A stretch of 64,000 nt of DNA from contig CM059427.1 in the NCBI GenBank assembly GCA_030390025.1, positions 186,682,001 to 186,746,000 of the forward strand, read 5' to 3'. The position numbers and the translations under genes are program-made. The notes under the pieces are model-generated. The model was not told where the DNA came from, searched no databases, and saw nothing but the letters and a program-made list of their open reading frames with translations. Within the stretch, counting starts at the first letter, position 1; every line of letters starts with the position of its first letter. The DNA is from Squalus acanthias (taxonomy: Eukaryota). Shown piece after piece: positions 11,401 to 23,400 of this stretch.

Positions 11401-14400
11401 AATATCTGTCCTAGCTAGATTCGTAGGATTCGAGACTCATGCTCACCACTCGTGATAACTCGGAGAAATTCCGAATAGCTGATCGGATGTTTTCACCGCA
11501 GCACCCACGTGTCGATCAGGGGGTCTCCTGGCCCCACTTGTTTACTTGCTTCTGCTCCGGCTAGCAGGCTGGAACGTCTGTTGTTATGAAGATCTGTGTT
11601 GGTTGGTTTCACGTACCAGTCAACACTTAAGAGAATAATCTCTCAGTGTCCGTCATGAGGATCTGCCCTGATGGGTTTCACAGATCAGTCAATATCTCAA
11701 AGAAGAATCTTCCGGGGTCCATTCTTTAAAGTTCAAAGAAGTCTTCCTGGCAAGGAGAAATGTCTATTCGACCTACAGGCGCGGTCGGGGCTTACTGACC
11801 GTGGCGCTAAGTATGGTCTTCGTCTCTTCTCATCTCATCTCATCTCTTCTCGGGCCTTTGGTTCCGATGCCGGTTACCAACACAGGTCTTCCTGACACGA
11901 CACGAGGTAGATCCGAACGGATCACAAAGTTCAACAGTCTTTTAAAAGAGACACCAGGCAAGCAGGAACAAAACGGCGAGTCAAGAACACAGGAGCAGCC
12001 ACGAGGATGAACACCAGCAAGATAAGAGGATAAGAGAAAAATGGACGGTTTGGGACTTGCAATTATAGTGCAAAATCTTCCGTTTCCCGCCCAACCTTAA
12101 TGTCTTTTCTTTTGTTTGGGTTTGGCGCTCAAATGTCTTGTATAGGTGATCTCCGTTTTTAATGGGTTTCGGGGCTACTCGTAAATGTCTGAGTACCTGT
12201 TAATATTTCTCCCATTGTTAAATCGGTCGGTGTTCTCCCTGGAGGGGTTTTGGGGCTTCCAAGTGTTTTCTGTAACTACCCGCTAACGGCTCTCTCATCG
12301 TAGAGTCGTTGGGATTTTACATTTTAATGTCTTTGGATGGGCCCTTGATTACTTGGTACAATAGCCTTTATTCGTACCCGGGAGACCGATTTCAGTATCT
12401 ATGTGTATACTGCAAACCCATGATGTCTCGTGTATTATCTTCAATGTGCTGAATCTTAATCGATCTTGCACAAATGTTTATTGGAACGCCATCTTGTCTG
12501 TCTGTCGAAAAGTCTAGAATGTTCCGCCACGAGGTGCGGCGGCCATTTTACAGGCTGCTTGTGTCCACTTTGAAAACCTGACAGCATTCTGCTGAAATAA
12601 AGCTGTTTGAACGAAACTATGTGTTTTCTCCTTATTTATAAAATCGCGATATATTGCGAATTCTACATGATCTCAGGAGATTCCCCAGGGATCACGGTTT
12701 GGGAAGACAGACGGGCACGGAGTCTGTCACACTGACCTACAGGCAATTGGAAAATCCTGCCTCCCTTTGTTATCGGTAATCCTGTGGGTAGCCTGGTCAC
12801 TGGTGGTCCAGGAGAACCAACAATGTACTGGGCATTGCACAAGAGGAGGGGAGATCACTTGTAGAGATCGCTGACCTCATTTTTGAGCCTGAAGTGATAT
12901 GACTGCACCAGTACTGTATTTAGTTTTAGGAGAATACTGATTATTGTGACGGTATTTCAGGTTTCTTAACAATATGGGAGTAATGATTCCCCTTCCACAC
13001 TCCCAGTAAATGCTGGAAATACGTATTGTGAAATTGGACACTGCTGGCCCACGAGGTCAGAGTGCAGTGGCAGAAATTCACCCTCTAATGTCCTAAAGTA
13101 TCAGTGGATTAGGCCAGATTATTCCAGACAGTCAGCTCTTCACCGGGGTTTGTATGTGTCATTGCTTAATCCGTTGTATATAAAAAATATGACTGTAAAT
13201 AAATGAAGTCCAATATTAATCATTACAAACATGGGATTAAGTAGTTGTCATTTAAATATTTAAATATTTACATTGTTCCTCTTTCTAACAGGAAAACCAA
13301 ATCATATTTATTTTTTGGATAAGCGAGATGACTTTCAATTAAACGGACCAGACAATCCTGGGAATGGCCCTGTTGTCTGGGAATGGAAACCACACTCAGG
13401 GCAAGAAATCCAGCGGCTGGTTACTTTTCACAAAAGGAGTTCGGGCTGGTGGGACGCACAATGGAACTATCACTATAGAAACAGCGACTTGTACCGGAAT
13501 ATAGAATGGAATTATTGGTCCATTAATCTGAGAATTAGAAAACCCACATTTAATTTTGCGGGATCGTTCATCTTGACTCAAACACAGCCGAGTAATAAAA
13601 TCCTGAAACAGTATGAAATATTTGGGATCAAAGGTGAGTGGGACAAAGTCTAGAAAAGGAACAATAAAATGATTCTCCGTAAATAATTTCATGTGTAATG
13701 ATGAGAGATTGCCAGGATCACGTGAGATTTATATCACCCAGTGCAGAGAGCATCTCTCATTAAAATAACCAGGGGAAAGATTTTGTTCATTGTTTCTCCT
13801 GAAATGGTCAACATGAGTAAAAACATTTCGACAATTTCACCAGAAATAGCAAACCAAGTAATCTACCCCACAGAGAGTATTATGGTCTGTACACTGGCAC
13901 ACTCTCTGTCAGATGTACTGAATTTTGTTACCAACAATAGATCCCTTGTAGTAATGGGCCTCAGCGCGATGGGACAGGAATAAGATGGGACAGGAATAAG
14001 ATTGGCCAGAGTCACTGCTCCTGATTGCTATCCAGTGAACCTGTTAGATGTGTCACTTGGTTGAGGTCCCAGAGGATGTCAAGTGTCCCTGGAACTCGTA
14101 CTATGACAAGGAGTTAACACCTTCAGGAAAGCAAGAAGAACATGGCAGCGAAAAAGAAATACATTGGGGGGAATTTTAACCCCAAAAAATGGTTGGCTTG
14201 GGGTCGGGTGGGAGGTTACAGAGTTAAAAATCTGAATCCTGGCCCCAACTCGCCTCCAACCCGCCCACTTCTGGTTTTAACGGAGGTGGGACGGGGGTGG
14301 GCGGGGGCAGCTAACCTGCTCGCAGGAGGTGAGTTCGCACTTTTAATATTCTAATGGTGTTGGGTGCCTCATAGTGATCCACAATTTTAAATTTAACTGT

Positions 14401-17400
14401 GGGCTCGTGGAACCCGCCAGCGAAAGGGTGACGAGGACTGCTGGATCCAGGGTTTCTGCCTCGCCACCCGCCCGCGATCGGACCCCTCCCCCCGACCCTA
14501 CCGATCTCCAACCCAACCTCCGACAACCCCCCCCACGAGACCACTGATCTCTGATCGTGCCTCCTACCTTCTGACCTCCCCTCCGGCCTTCCGACCTCCC
14601 CCCTCCAGCCTTCCGATCTCTCTCTGATCTCCAATTCCCTCTCCGGCCTTCCGACCTCCCCCCTCCAGCCTTCCGATCTCTCTCTGATCTCCAATTCCCT
14701 CTCCGGCCTTCCGACCTCCCCCCTCCAGCCTTCCGATCTCTCTCTGATCTCCAATTTCCTCTCCGGCCTTCTGACCTCCCCCCTCCAGCCTTCCGATCTC
14801 TCTCTGATCTCCAATTCCCTCTCCGGCCTTCCGAACTCCCCCCTGCAGCTTTCCAACTGTCCTCTGATCTCCGATACTCCTTCTGGCCTTCCAACCTCAC
14901 AACTCTGGCCTTCCGACCTCCCCACTCCGGCATTCCGACAACCCCACCATTCCCTCCCTTCTCTCTGTGGTCTGGTGCATCAGGCCTTTACAGTCGAGCC
15001 TTTCCTTCTGGCTGGCTGCGGACGGGAGACAGACATTTTAAATGTTGATCGGGCCCTGTCGCTCAATTCAGTCCCGCCACTCCCTATCTGCCTCCCAAGT
15101 CTTTCCACCATCTACAAGGCACAAGTAAAGAGTGTGATGGAATACTCTCCACTTGCCTGGATGAGTGCAGCTCCAACAACACTCAAGAAGCTCGACACAA
15201 TCCAGGACAAAGCAGCCCATTTGATTGACACCTCATCCACCACCTTAAACATTCACTCCCTCCACCACCGGTGTACCGTGGCTGCAGTGTGTACCATCTA
15301 CAAGATTCACTGCAGCAACTTGCCAAGGCTTCTTCGGCAGCACCTCCCAAACCCGCGACCTCTTCCACCTAGAAGGACAAGGGCAGCAGGCGCATGGGAA
15401 AACCACCACCGCCAAGTTCCCCTCCAAGTCACACACCATCCTGACTTAGAAGTATATCGCCGATCCTTCATCGTCGCTGGGTCAAAATCCTGGAACTCCC
15501 TCTCTAACAGCACTGTGGGAGTACCTTCACCACTCGGACTGCAGCGCTTCAAGGAGATGGCTCACCACCACCTTCTCAAGGGCAAATAGGGATGGACAAT
15601 AAATGCTGGCCTTGCCAGCAATGCCCAGATCCCATAAGTAAATAAAAAAAAAAAAAAATTCCGGCCATTGTATCTACACAAAAATATTTTAAAACATTTA
15701 GTATAAATAAATCAAAATCTTTAGTACCTGCCAACCAAGGATGCTGCTCAACAGCTGCACTTTCTGGTTGGTTGATGTGTGTAACATCTGAATGAGGCTG
15801 AGGTCATTGTCATATGTACTTGGTACAAAATATAATCCAATCCTGAAATGTCGAAGTGGCCAAAATATGATTGTGACTTTACTGGGCCTGGACCATTGCC
15901 CCTGAGGTGTTGGCCCAAACTGCACCAGAATGAGGTGACCATAACAGAAAGTCAACTCATTTACATTTGTTAGTGGCACTCATGGTACATAGTGCCTGGT
16001 ACACGGGGAATGTCACACGGGTCGGGCACCAGAGTGTTGGGCTCCAGCAGCTAATGGATGGCACCATTTTTTTGGCCTGACATTGGATTTAAAGTCCCTG
16101 TTGAAGATTTGATTCTTACTTGTCATGTTGTAGGTGGGACTGAAAGTCAGGGTGGGCATTTTTAGAACAAGCCTCTCCTGAAGTGCCATTCCTCATGGAC
16201 ACTCAATGATTGGAGCTCTGCTCAGGAGCATTTTGGGAGCCCACTCATTTAAATAACGTAATGACTGTTGACGTGGATTTTGTGCACAGGCTCCCAGTGC
16301 GTGTGTTGGGTGGTCTTACTGAAGTGTGCGAGGCACATTGAGAACAGAGTGGGACTGGAGCCTTCTCCATGTCTGATAATATGGGCGCTACATTTCCATC
16401 ACACCCTCCTCTGGTGAGATTCATCACCTGTCCATTGTGGTGTCGGCTTCCACAAATGTCATCCAAACCATGTAACCTTAACCTGACCCCGGATACTCCA
16501 GCAGGGTCAGGGGTAAAGGTCATCGGCCGCACTCTGGCTCATTCACGCTGGCAGAGCTGGACCGAGAATTTTCAGGCTCGCTGTGTTATTCTACTGATAA
16601 AATGCACTTGTGTGTAATCTGGCCTGACTCTTTAATGCAGCAAGGTACAAGTGCTGATGATGGGCACATCCTACGGTCAGTTAGAACCTAATCACTGGAT
16701 TGTACATGCCACTACTTACACTAAATCTTATTGATCTGTTTTTCACAGTTGAGTCAAGTCCACAGAGTGCTGTGGTGGGCAGTGACGTTACACTCAGCTG
16801 TACCATCTCCAAACTCTCAGATACAGTCAGTCTTCAATGGAAACAGAGAGACTCATCTCAGCAGAACAGGAGCAACACTGATCAGATCCGACTAAATAAC
16901 ACAGTCTATCTGATAGTCAAACATGTTGCAGTAGAGGATAAGGAGTTGTACGCGTGTGAAGTGCAGGAAAATGGATCCATTATTCTCACAGGAAAAGCAG
17001 ATTTTGACGTGGATCAGTGTAAGTGCAGTTACCTCACAGTAGATATTAAAGAGTTACTAATATAAAACTGTTACATATAAAGTGGAGTCATACATGTCAA
17101 CCATCAGCACTTCATGCTTACAGTCAGCATGTGGGGGCCTGGTGCACATATCAGCATTAAACAAAAAACTGGCCTCTCGCCCCTCAATGCCACTTCTAAC
17201 CGAGTTCTGCTGCTATTTGAAGTGATTCCAGCTGCTGCATACTCTAGGCTTCAAATAAGCATTCAGCTGGAGCAGGACTGAGGGAAGAGGGAAGGGCAGG
17301 GAATCAATGGCCATGAACGGAGAGGGAAGGATGGAAATGATGGCATTGTAGAGGAGAGATGGTGGGCAGAGGGAAATGACAGAGGCTGGGAGTGGGGCTT

Positions 17401-20400
17401 TGGGGGAAGAAGAGGGGAAAAGCTGAAAGTGGAAATTTGGAGTAGAAGATGAGAATTTGCATTTGTGTGAAGTGTAGAAAAAAGACTCTGTTATTAAAAT
17501 AGCATCAAAACTATTGATGTGGATCAGTTTAAGGTCAGAACTACCTTACAGTAGATATTAAATAGTTACTGAAATAACACTGTTACACACAAAGTACAGG
17601 GAGCACAGAGACAGCATATGCTTTTACTACAGACTGGGACCTTATTTTCTCTTTGGAACATTGGTGTAAATATAACATTGCAATACAGTGGGCAAATATT
17701 CACAACCAGGTCTTGATGGATCTGACAATAAATAGCTAAAGGGTTGAAGGTGGACAGCAACATTCTCACATAGCTCATCAGTTACCAAAACACAGAGACA
17801 ATTCTTTTCTAAATATGGTTCACTTTATTCACTGCAAGGGCACAGCATTAAAGTCCATCCCTGAATATCTATTCAGTGCTCTTCCAATACACACACATAT
17901 GGCCAGAGATTTCCAGGGTGGTAGCGGGGGCGATTGGTGGCGGGTCGGGTGGGAAAGTTATTCATAGAATCATAGAAATTTACAGCACAGTATGAGGCCA
18001 TTCAGCCCATCTTCTCCGTGCCGGCTGACAAAGAGCTATCTACCCTAATCCCACTTTCCAGCACTTGGTCCGTAGCCTTGGAGGTTCCGGCACTTCAAGT
18101 GCATATTCAAGTACATTTTAAATGTGGTGAGGGTCTCTGCCTCTACCATCCTTTCAGGCAGTGAGTTCCAGACACCTACCACCCTCTAGGTGAAAAGAAT
18201 TCTCCACAAATCACCTCCAAACTTCCGACCAATTACTTTAAATCTATGCCCCCTGGTTATTGACCCTGCTGCTAAGGGGAATAGATCCTTCCTATCCACT
18301 CTATCTCGGCCTCTCATAATTTTATACACCTCAATTAGGTCTCCCCGCAGCCTCCTCTGTTCCATATAAACCAACCACAGCCTATCCAATCTTTCCTCAG
18401 AGCTAAAAATCCCCAGTCCAGGCAACATCCTCATAAATCTCCTCTGCACCCCCTCAAGTGCAATCACATCCTTCCTGTAATGTGGTGACCAGAACTGCAC
18501 AAAGTATGCTAGCTGCGATTTAACTAGTGTTTTAACAGTTTAAGCATAACCTCCCTGCTCTTATATTCTGTGCCTCGGCTAATAAAGGCAAGTATCCCGG
18601 AGGCCTTCTTAACAGCTTATTTACCTGTCCTGCTACCTTCAGGGAGCTGTGGACATGCACTCCAAGGTGCCTCTGATCTTCTGCACTTCTCAGTGTCCTA
18701 CCATTTATAATGTATTCCCTTGCCTTGTTAACCCTCCCCGAATGCTTTACCTCACACTTCTCCAGATTGCATTCCATTTGCCACTGTTTTGCCCACCTGA
18801 CCAGTCCATTGATATCTTTCTGCAGTCTGCAGCTTTCTTCTTCATTATCAACCACACGGCCAATTTTTGTATCATCTGCAAACTTCTTAATCATACTTCC
18901 TACATTCAAGTCCAAATCATTGCTATTTACCACAAAATACAAAGGACCGAGTACTGAGCCCTGCGGAACCCCACTGGAACCAGCCTTCCAGTGACAAAGA
19001 CACACTTCGACCATTACCCTAAAACGAGGCCCAGAACCATCCCCTCTCTTGTTGGGCTTGCTATGTACTGGCTACAAAAGTTCTCCTGAATGCATTTTAA
19101 GTATTCTGCTCCCTCTATGCCTTTCACACTAATTTTATCCCAGTTAATATTAAGGAAGTTGAATTCCCCTACTATTACTGCCTTATTTTTGCACGTCTCA
19201 GAAATTTGCCGACATATTTGCTCTTCTATCTCCCTCTGACTGTTGGGAGGTCTATAGTACACTCCCAGCAGTGTGATTGCCCCTTTTTTGTTTTTCAGTT
19301 CAACCCATATGGCTTCATTTGATGATCCTTCGAAGATATCCTCGCTCCTCACAGCTGTAATTGATTCTTTAATCAATATTGCGACTCCCCTCCTTTCTTA
19401 TCCCCATCTCTATCTCGTCTGAAAACCCTGTAACCAGGAATGTTGAGCTGCCATTCCTGCCCTTCTTTCAGCCATGTCTTATTTTTGGGATTGGTTTGGG
19501 AACCTGCTGTCATCCCGCCCCCATCGCCTTTCCCCCAGACGCCTCTGTCATCGCTGAGCCGACCCGACTGGTAGAAGCGGGCGGCCCAATTGAGATGATT
19601 AACAGTTAGTTGTCAGACCATTAACAGTCTTTTTTAACTTTGTTTGTAAATTTAACTGCACGGCCACGGCAACCACATTGCTCGGGAAGCACATCTGTCA
19701 ACCTGAGGCGGGAGTTCCACGGTCATTGTTCCAGCTGAATTCTTGACAGCATCTAATGTACAGTAAAAGCTCCCACCTGACAGATGATCACTTTCCTCAG
19801 GCATAAACTGTTGCTCAGTCCATTTCCAGCACAGATTCTGCAGGCTGCAAGTCTTTCCAGCAAAGTCTCCATCCAATCTCACCTTATTGGAAGAACTCTC
19901 TCACCACTGACAGAATGCTTCTGTTATCTGTACTTCACCTGCCATCTATTCCATCAACAGGGGTGCCATTTATACTGTCTCAACTTGGTCCTCAGAATTG
20001 GAACACGATAAGCCCCAACATCAGCAGCACCAGGCACACCAGCAGTACCAGCAGCAACACCAACCTCCTTCGCAATCACCTGATGGTGCACAGGACACCG
20101 GGCATCAGCACCTGACCACATTGCTGTCCGGGAGGCCAGGGATGGCCTCATCATGGCCAGATTTAGTTAGGTTTACGCTGTACACCTATATGGCTGCCAC
20201 ATGAGGCGCCAGGTTGGCACCACCCCACACCAATACCACAAAACATCCCTACAATGACCAAGCCATGATCGTATTGCATGGCGGAGCAGGCTCGAGGGGC
20301 CGTATGGCCTATTCCTGCTCATATTTCTTCTGTTGTTATCAGCCATTCATTTCACACTCATCACCATTGCGGGGGGTACCGTTATGTTTCACCATTCACT

Positions 20401-23400
20401 GCAACTCACTCAGTCACTTCCAAAGGTGCACACAAATCTGTTGAAGAAAGGAAAGTGTTGAAAATGAAGATTTTTATGTTTGACATCACACGAACAGAAA
20501 CTTTCCATAAACATTGGATAAAACACCCAAGTGGTTACCCTTGTGTGTTGTTAGTTGGTATGATTGCACTAGGATGAGGGTGAGTGTGAGGGGTGGCTAG
20601 TGAGATGGGGATGTAATAATGTAGATAGAGAGAGAAGGATGGGTGGAGGTGCAAAGTATGTTGGTGTGAGTGAGGATGTGCAGGAGTAGGTTAGGGAAGG
20701 CTGTGTGCTGGGGATGTGATGAGTGGCACAGCAGGATGAAGTTGAGTGTGGCTTTGTACTAACATTTCCTGATCTAATGAGATCATTGAAATGTTAGCGG
20801 CACTGCACCCAGGTCCGCCTGAACACATCCCTGCTTGTGACCTCCTCTGCAATCTGCAACCAGGCTGTTTTGGTCTGCTGGGGAGGTCATTTCTGCCCAT
20901 CGGAAGGGAAGAGGACCTCCCTGTGTGCTGTTATTCCCTCCATAAGCATATGGAGGGAGTCATCGGAGAACCTGGGTGCAGCCCTGCACCTCTGTGTAGT
21001 CAATGTCAGTGTTTGCAGCACCTCAATGCTGTAGTGCACTGTTAGCACTTTGTTAAAATCTAATGTGGCCGTGGTCCCTTTAAAGATCCCGGCTGATAAC
21101 GCGTCATGAATGATGTCACCAGACACGCTCCATTTAATTGGACCGGGTAACGTGCTGGGCGGGTTTAATAGGCCCCATTAATGTAAGTTTGTTTTCAGTA
21201 GCGGGATGGAGCTTGCAGTGGTGTCGCAACCCGTCATGGCCACCGCCCGCACCTGACCCGCCGAGGGAGGCAAAGTTTCGGCCATAGGGAACGATAATGA
21301 TTGACTTTGGTTGAACATCATTGGTAGTGCAAGAATTGTACCAGCAGTTATGGTGCTCTGCGATTGTTAACATCTGAGATCAATAGATTGGGAGTGGAGT
21401 GAGGGCGGATGGTTTTAATGTGGCCTGGTTCTGTACAGGTAACTGAATGGGGAACCACTTCACCAGCTGTCAAGAGGTAAGTGGGGCAGAGGAACAAGGC
21501 TACAGCCAATATTTGTTTCTCTTGTCTAGAATTGTCAAAGTAATTGAAGCAGTTCAACATTGAAAGGTAGAAAATCTGAATTGCGTAAGTTGTACCGGAG
21601 ATAAAACAAAAACGGCAAATGTTTTCAGTAACATAGCATCTTGAAGAAAGAAAGAAATACGCTTCACTGAGGAAGAATGAATTGGACATCAATCATCAGT
21701 GAGAATGTTAAGAGAAGAGACTGAAAGCTTGGTCAAAGAGATATGTTTTCATTGTGTGTGTGAAGACACAGCAAGAGGTGGAGGGGTTTAGGGAGGGAGT
21801 TCCAGAGGTTCGGGCTGAGGGAACAGAAGGTTTTGCCACCAATGGAGGGAGGGGACAGCAAGATGATGACAGGGAATGTAAAAGGAGAAATTCTGCCAGA
21901 ATTTACAGAGGTAAATTGGGGTGAGGCTGTGGAGTAATTTGTAGATGTTGGCAAGGATTTTATATTTGATGGGTTGAGGGACAGGGAGCCATTGAGGATG
22001 GGCGAGGAATATTTATCGTGGGAGAGAATTTTGTCAGGTAATTTAGACTTTGTGCGATGGAAGTCATCTTTGTGAGATATAAACATGCTGCCAATTTGCT
22101 GTTACCGATTTTACACTATCGCACAAAGGCAAATTACCCCCATGTTTCTGTGAGAAAGCATCAGGATTACTCCCTGGACAATAAGGAAAGGAATCCCAAC
22201 CTTCCAATTTGGTCAGCTTCCAAGCTGTATTGTAGCAGCAATTAAAATACTCTGGCCGCGATTTTCTCATTGGTGACGGGTTGGGTGCGGGTCAGGTGGT
22301 CGGCGGGTTCCGGTCCCGCCGGCGCTTTCAGCCGGTCAGAAATTGAAATTTTGCCTTAATTGGCCTATTGAGTCCCTGCGTGCGCGCTACCCGGCCCAAT
22401 TAGTGGTTTCAGGTCTGCTGCTCGCCTCTGCTGACGTCAGTCAGCCAGCTGCATTTAAGGGGCCCATGCAGCCTTGTTTCATTCTCATTCTTTGATGCTG
22501 GATTTCGGGTTGCCAACTGCTCCCATGACTGCTGCAAGAGCCAAGGCCTCACCCCGTTTTGATGATGACTCCCTCCATGCTCTTGTGGAGGGAGTGAGAG
22601 GGCGCAAGAAGGTACTCTTCCCATCCTCTGGACGGAGGAAGCCTCCTCAGCAAAGCAAAGCAGCCTGGCTGAAAATTGCTGAGGAGGTCAGCTCCAGATC
22701 GTTGTGTCCTCGATCCTGGGTCCAGTGCAGGAAAAGGTTTCATGACCTGGTACGCTCAGGAAAAGTGAGTATAGCATCACACTTACCCGCAATCTGCTCC
22801 CCATCTCCTCTCATCACCAGCGCTCTGCATTGTCAACCTACTCCTGCACATCCCAACTTACCCTTACATCCCTTGCACCCTTAACTATCCCTCTCTCTCT
22901 ATGTACAGAATCACTCCACTATTCGACTATGCTGCCCTCACACTCGATATCACTGTTATGCGATGCCAAAAACTAACAACGCACAGGGAGGGCCCTTGGT
23001 ATTGGCACCTCACTCCATCTTTGTCTCCTTCTAAGCATCTATGCTATGGATTCTCTACACTCACTCCATCATTCTCACTCAAACTCCACTTGTGTCCCTC
23101 ATTGCAGGAAAAGAGAGCCCACAATAAGAGGGAGAGGGCAAGGACAGGAGGAGGGCCACCATCCATTGCCCAGCTGACCAATGCTGAGGAGGTGGCATTC
23201 GAAATAATTGGAGTTGATGAGGATCTGGAAGTGGGGGACAGTCAAACGGGCGCAACAGAGCAAGCTGGTGACAGAATAGATTTGCATCTCTCTCATTTAC
23301 ATTGCATGAGTGACTGATATGACATCTGATGTTCATACAGATTGACTTATTATCATCTGCACAATTCCATGTGCTTGCTGCGTTAATATCACATGTCTAA

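Larger units (their letters stand above)
14166..15666. mobile_element. Harbinger-type MITE carrying a 60-bp minisatellite and a nested LINE fragment
   Basis: Ends GGGGGGAATTTT and AAATTCCGGCC, with att on both flanks. Confidence 0.55.

Noticed and set aside
5247-12667. Single LTR element that captured the host leader exon
   Set aside because: The second LTR has its own TGAT TSD and is clearly diverged, and the PBS and gag lie to the left of the first LTR.
14311-14933. Repetitive 196-204 aa ORFs
   Set aside because: Translations of the 60-bp minisatellite.
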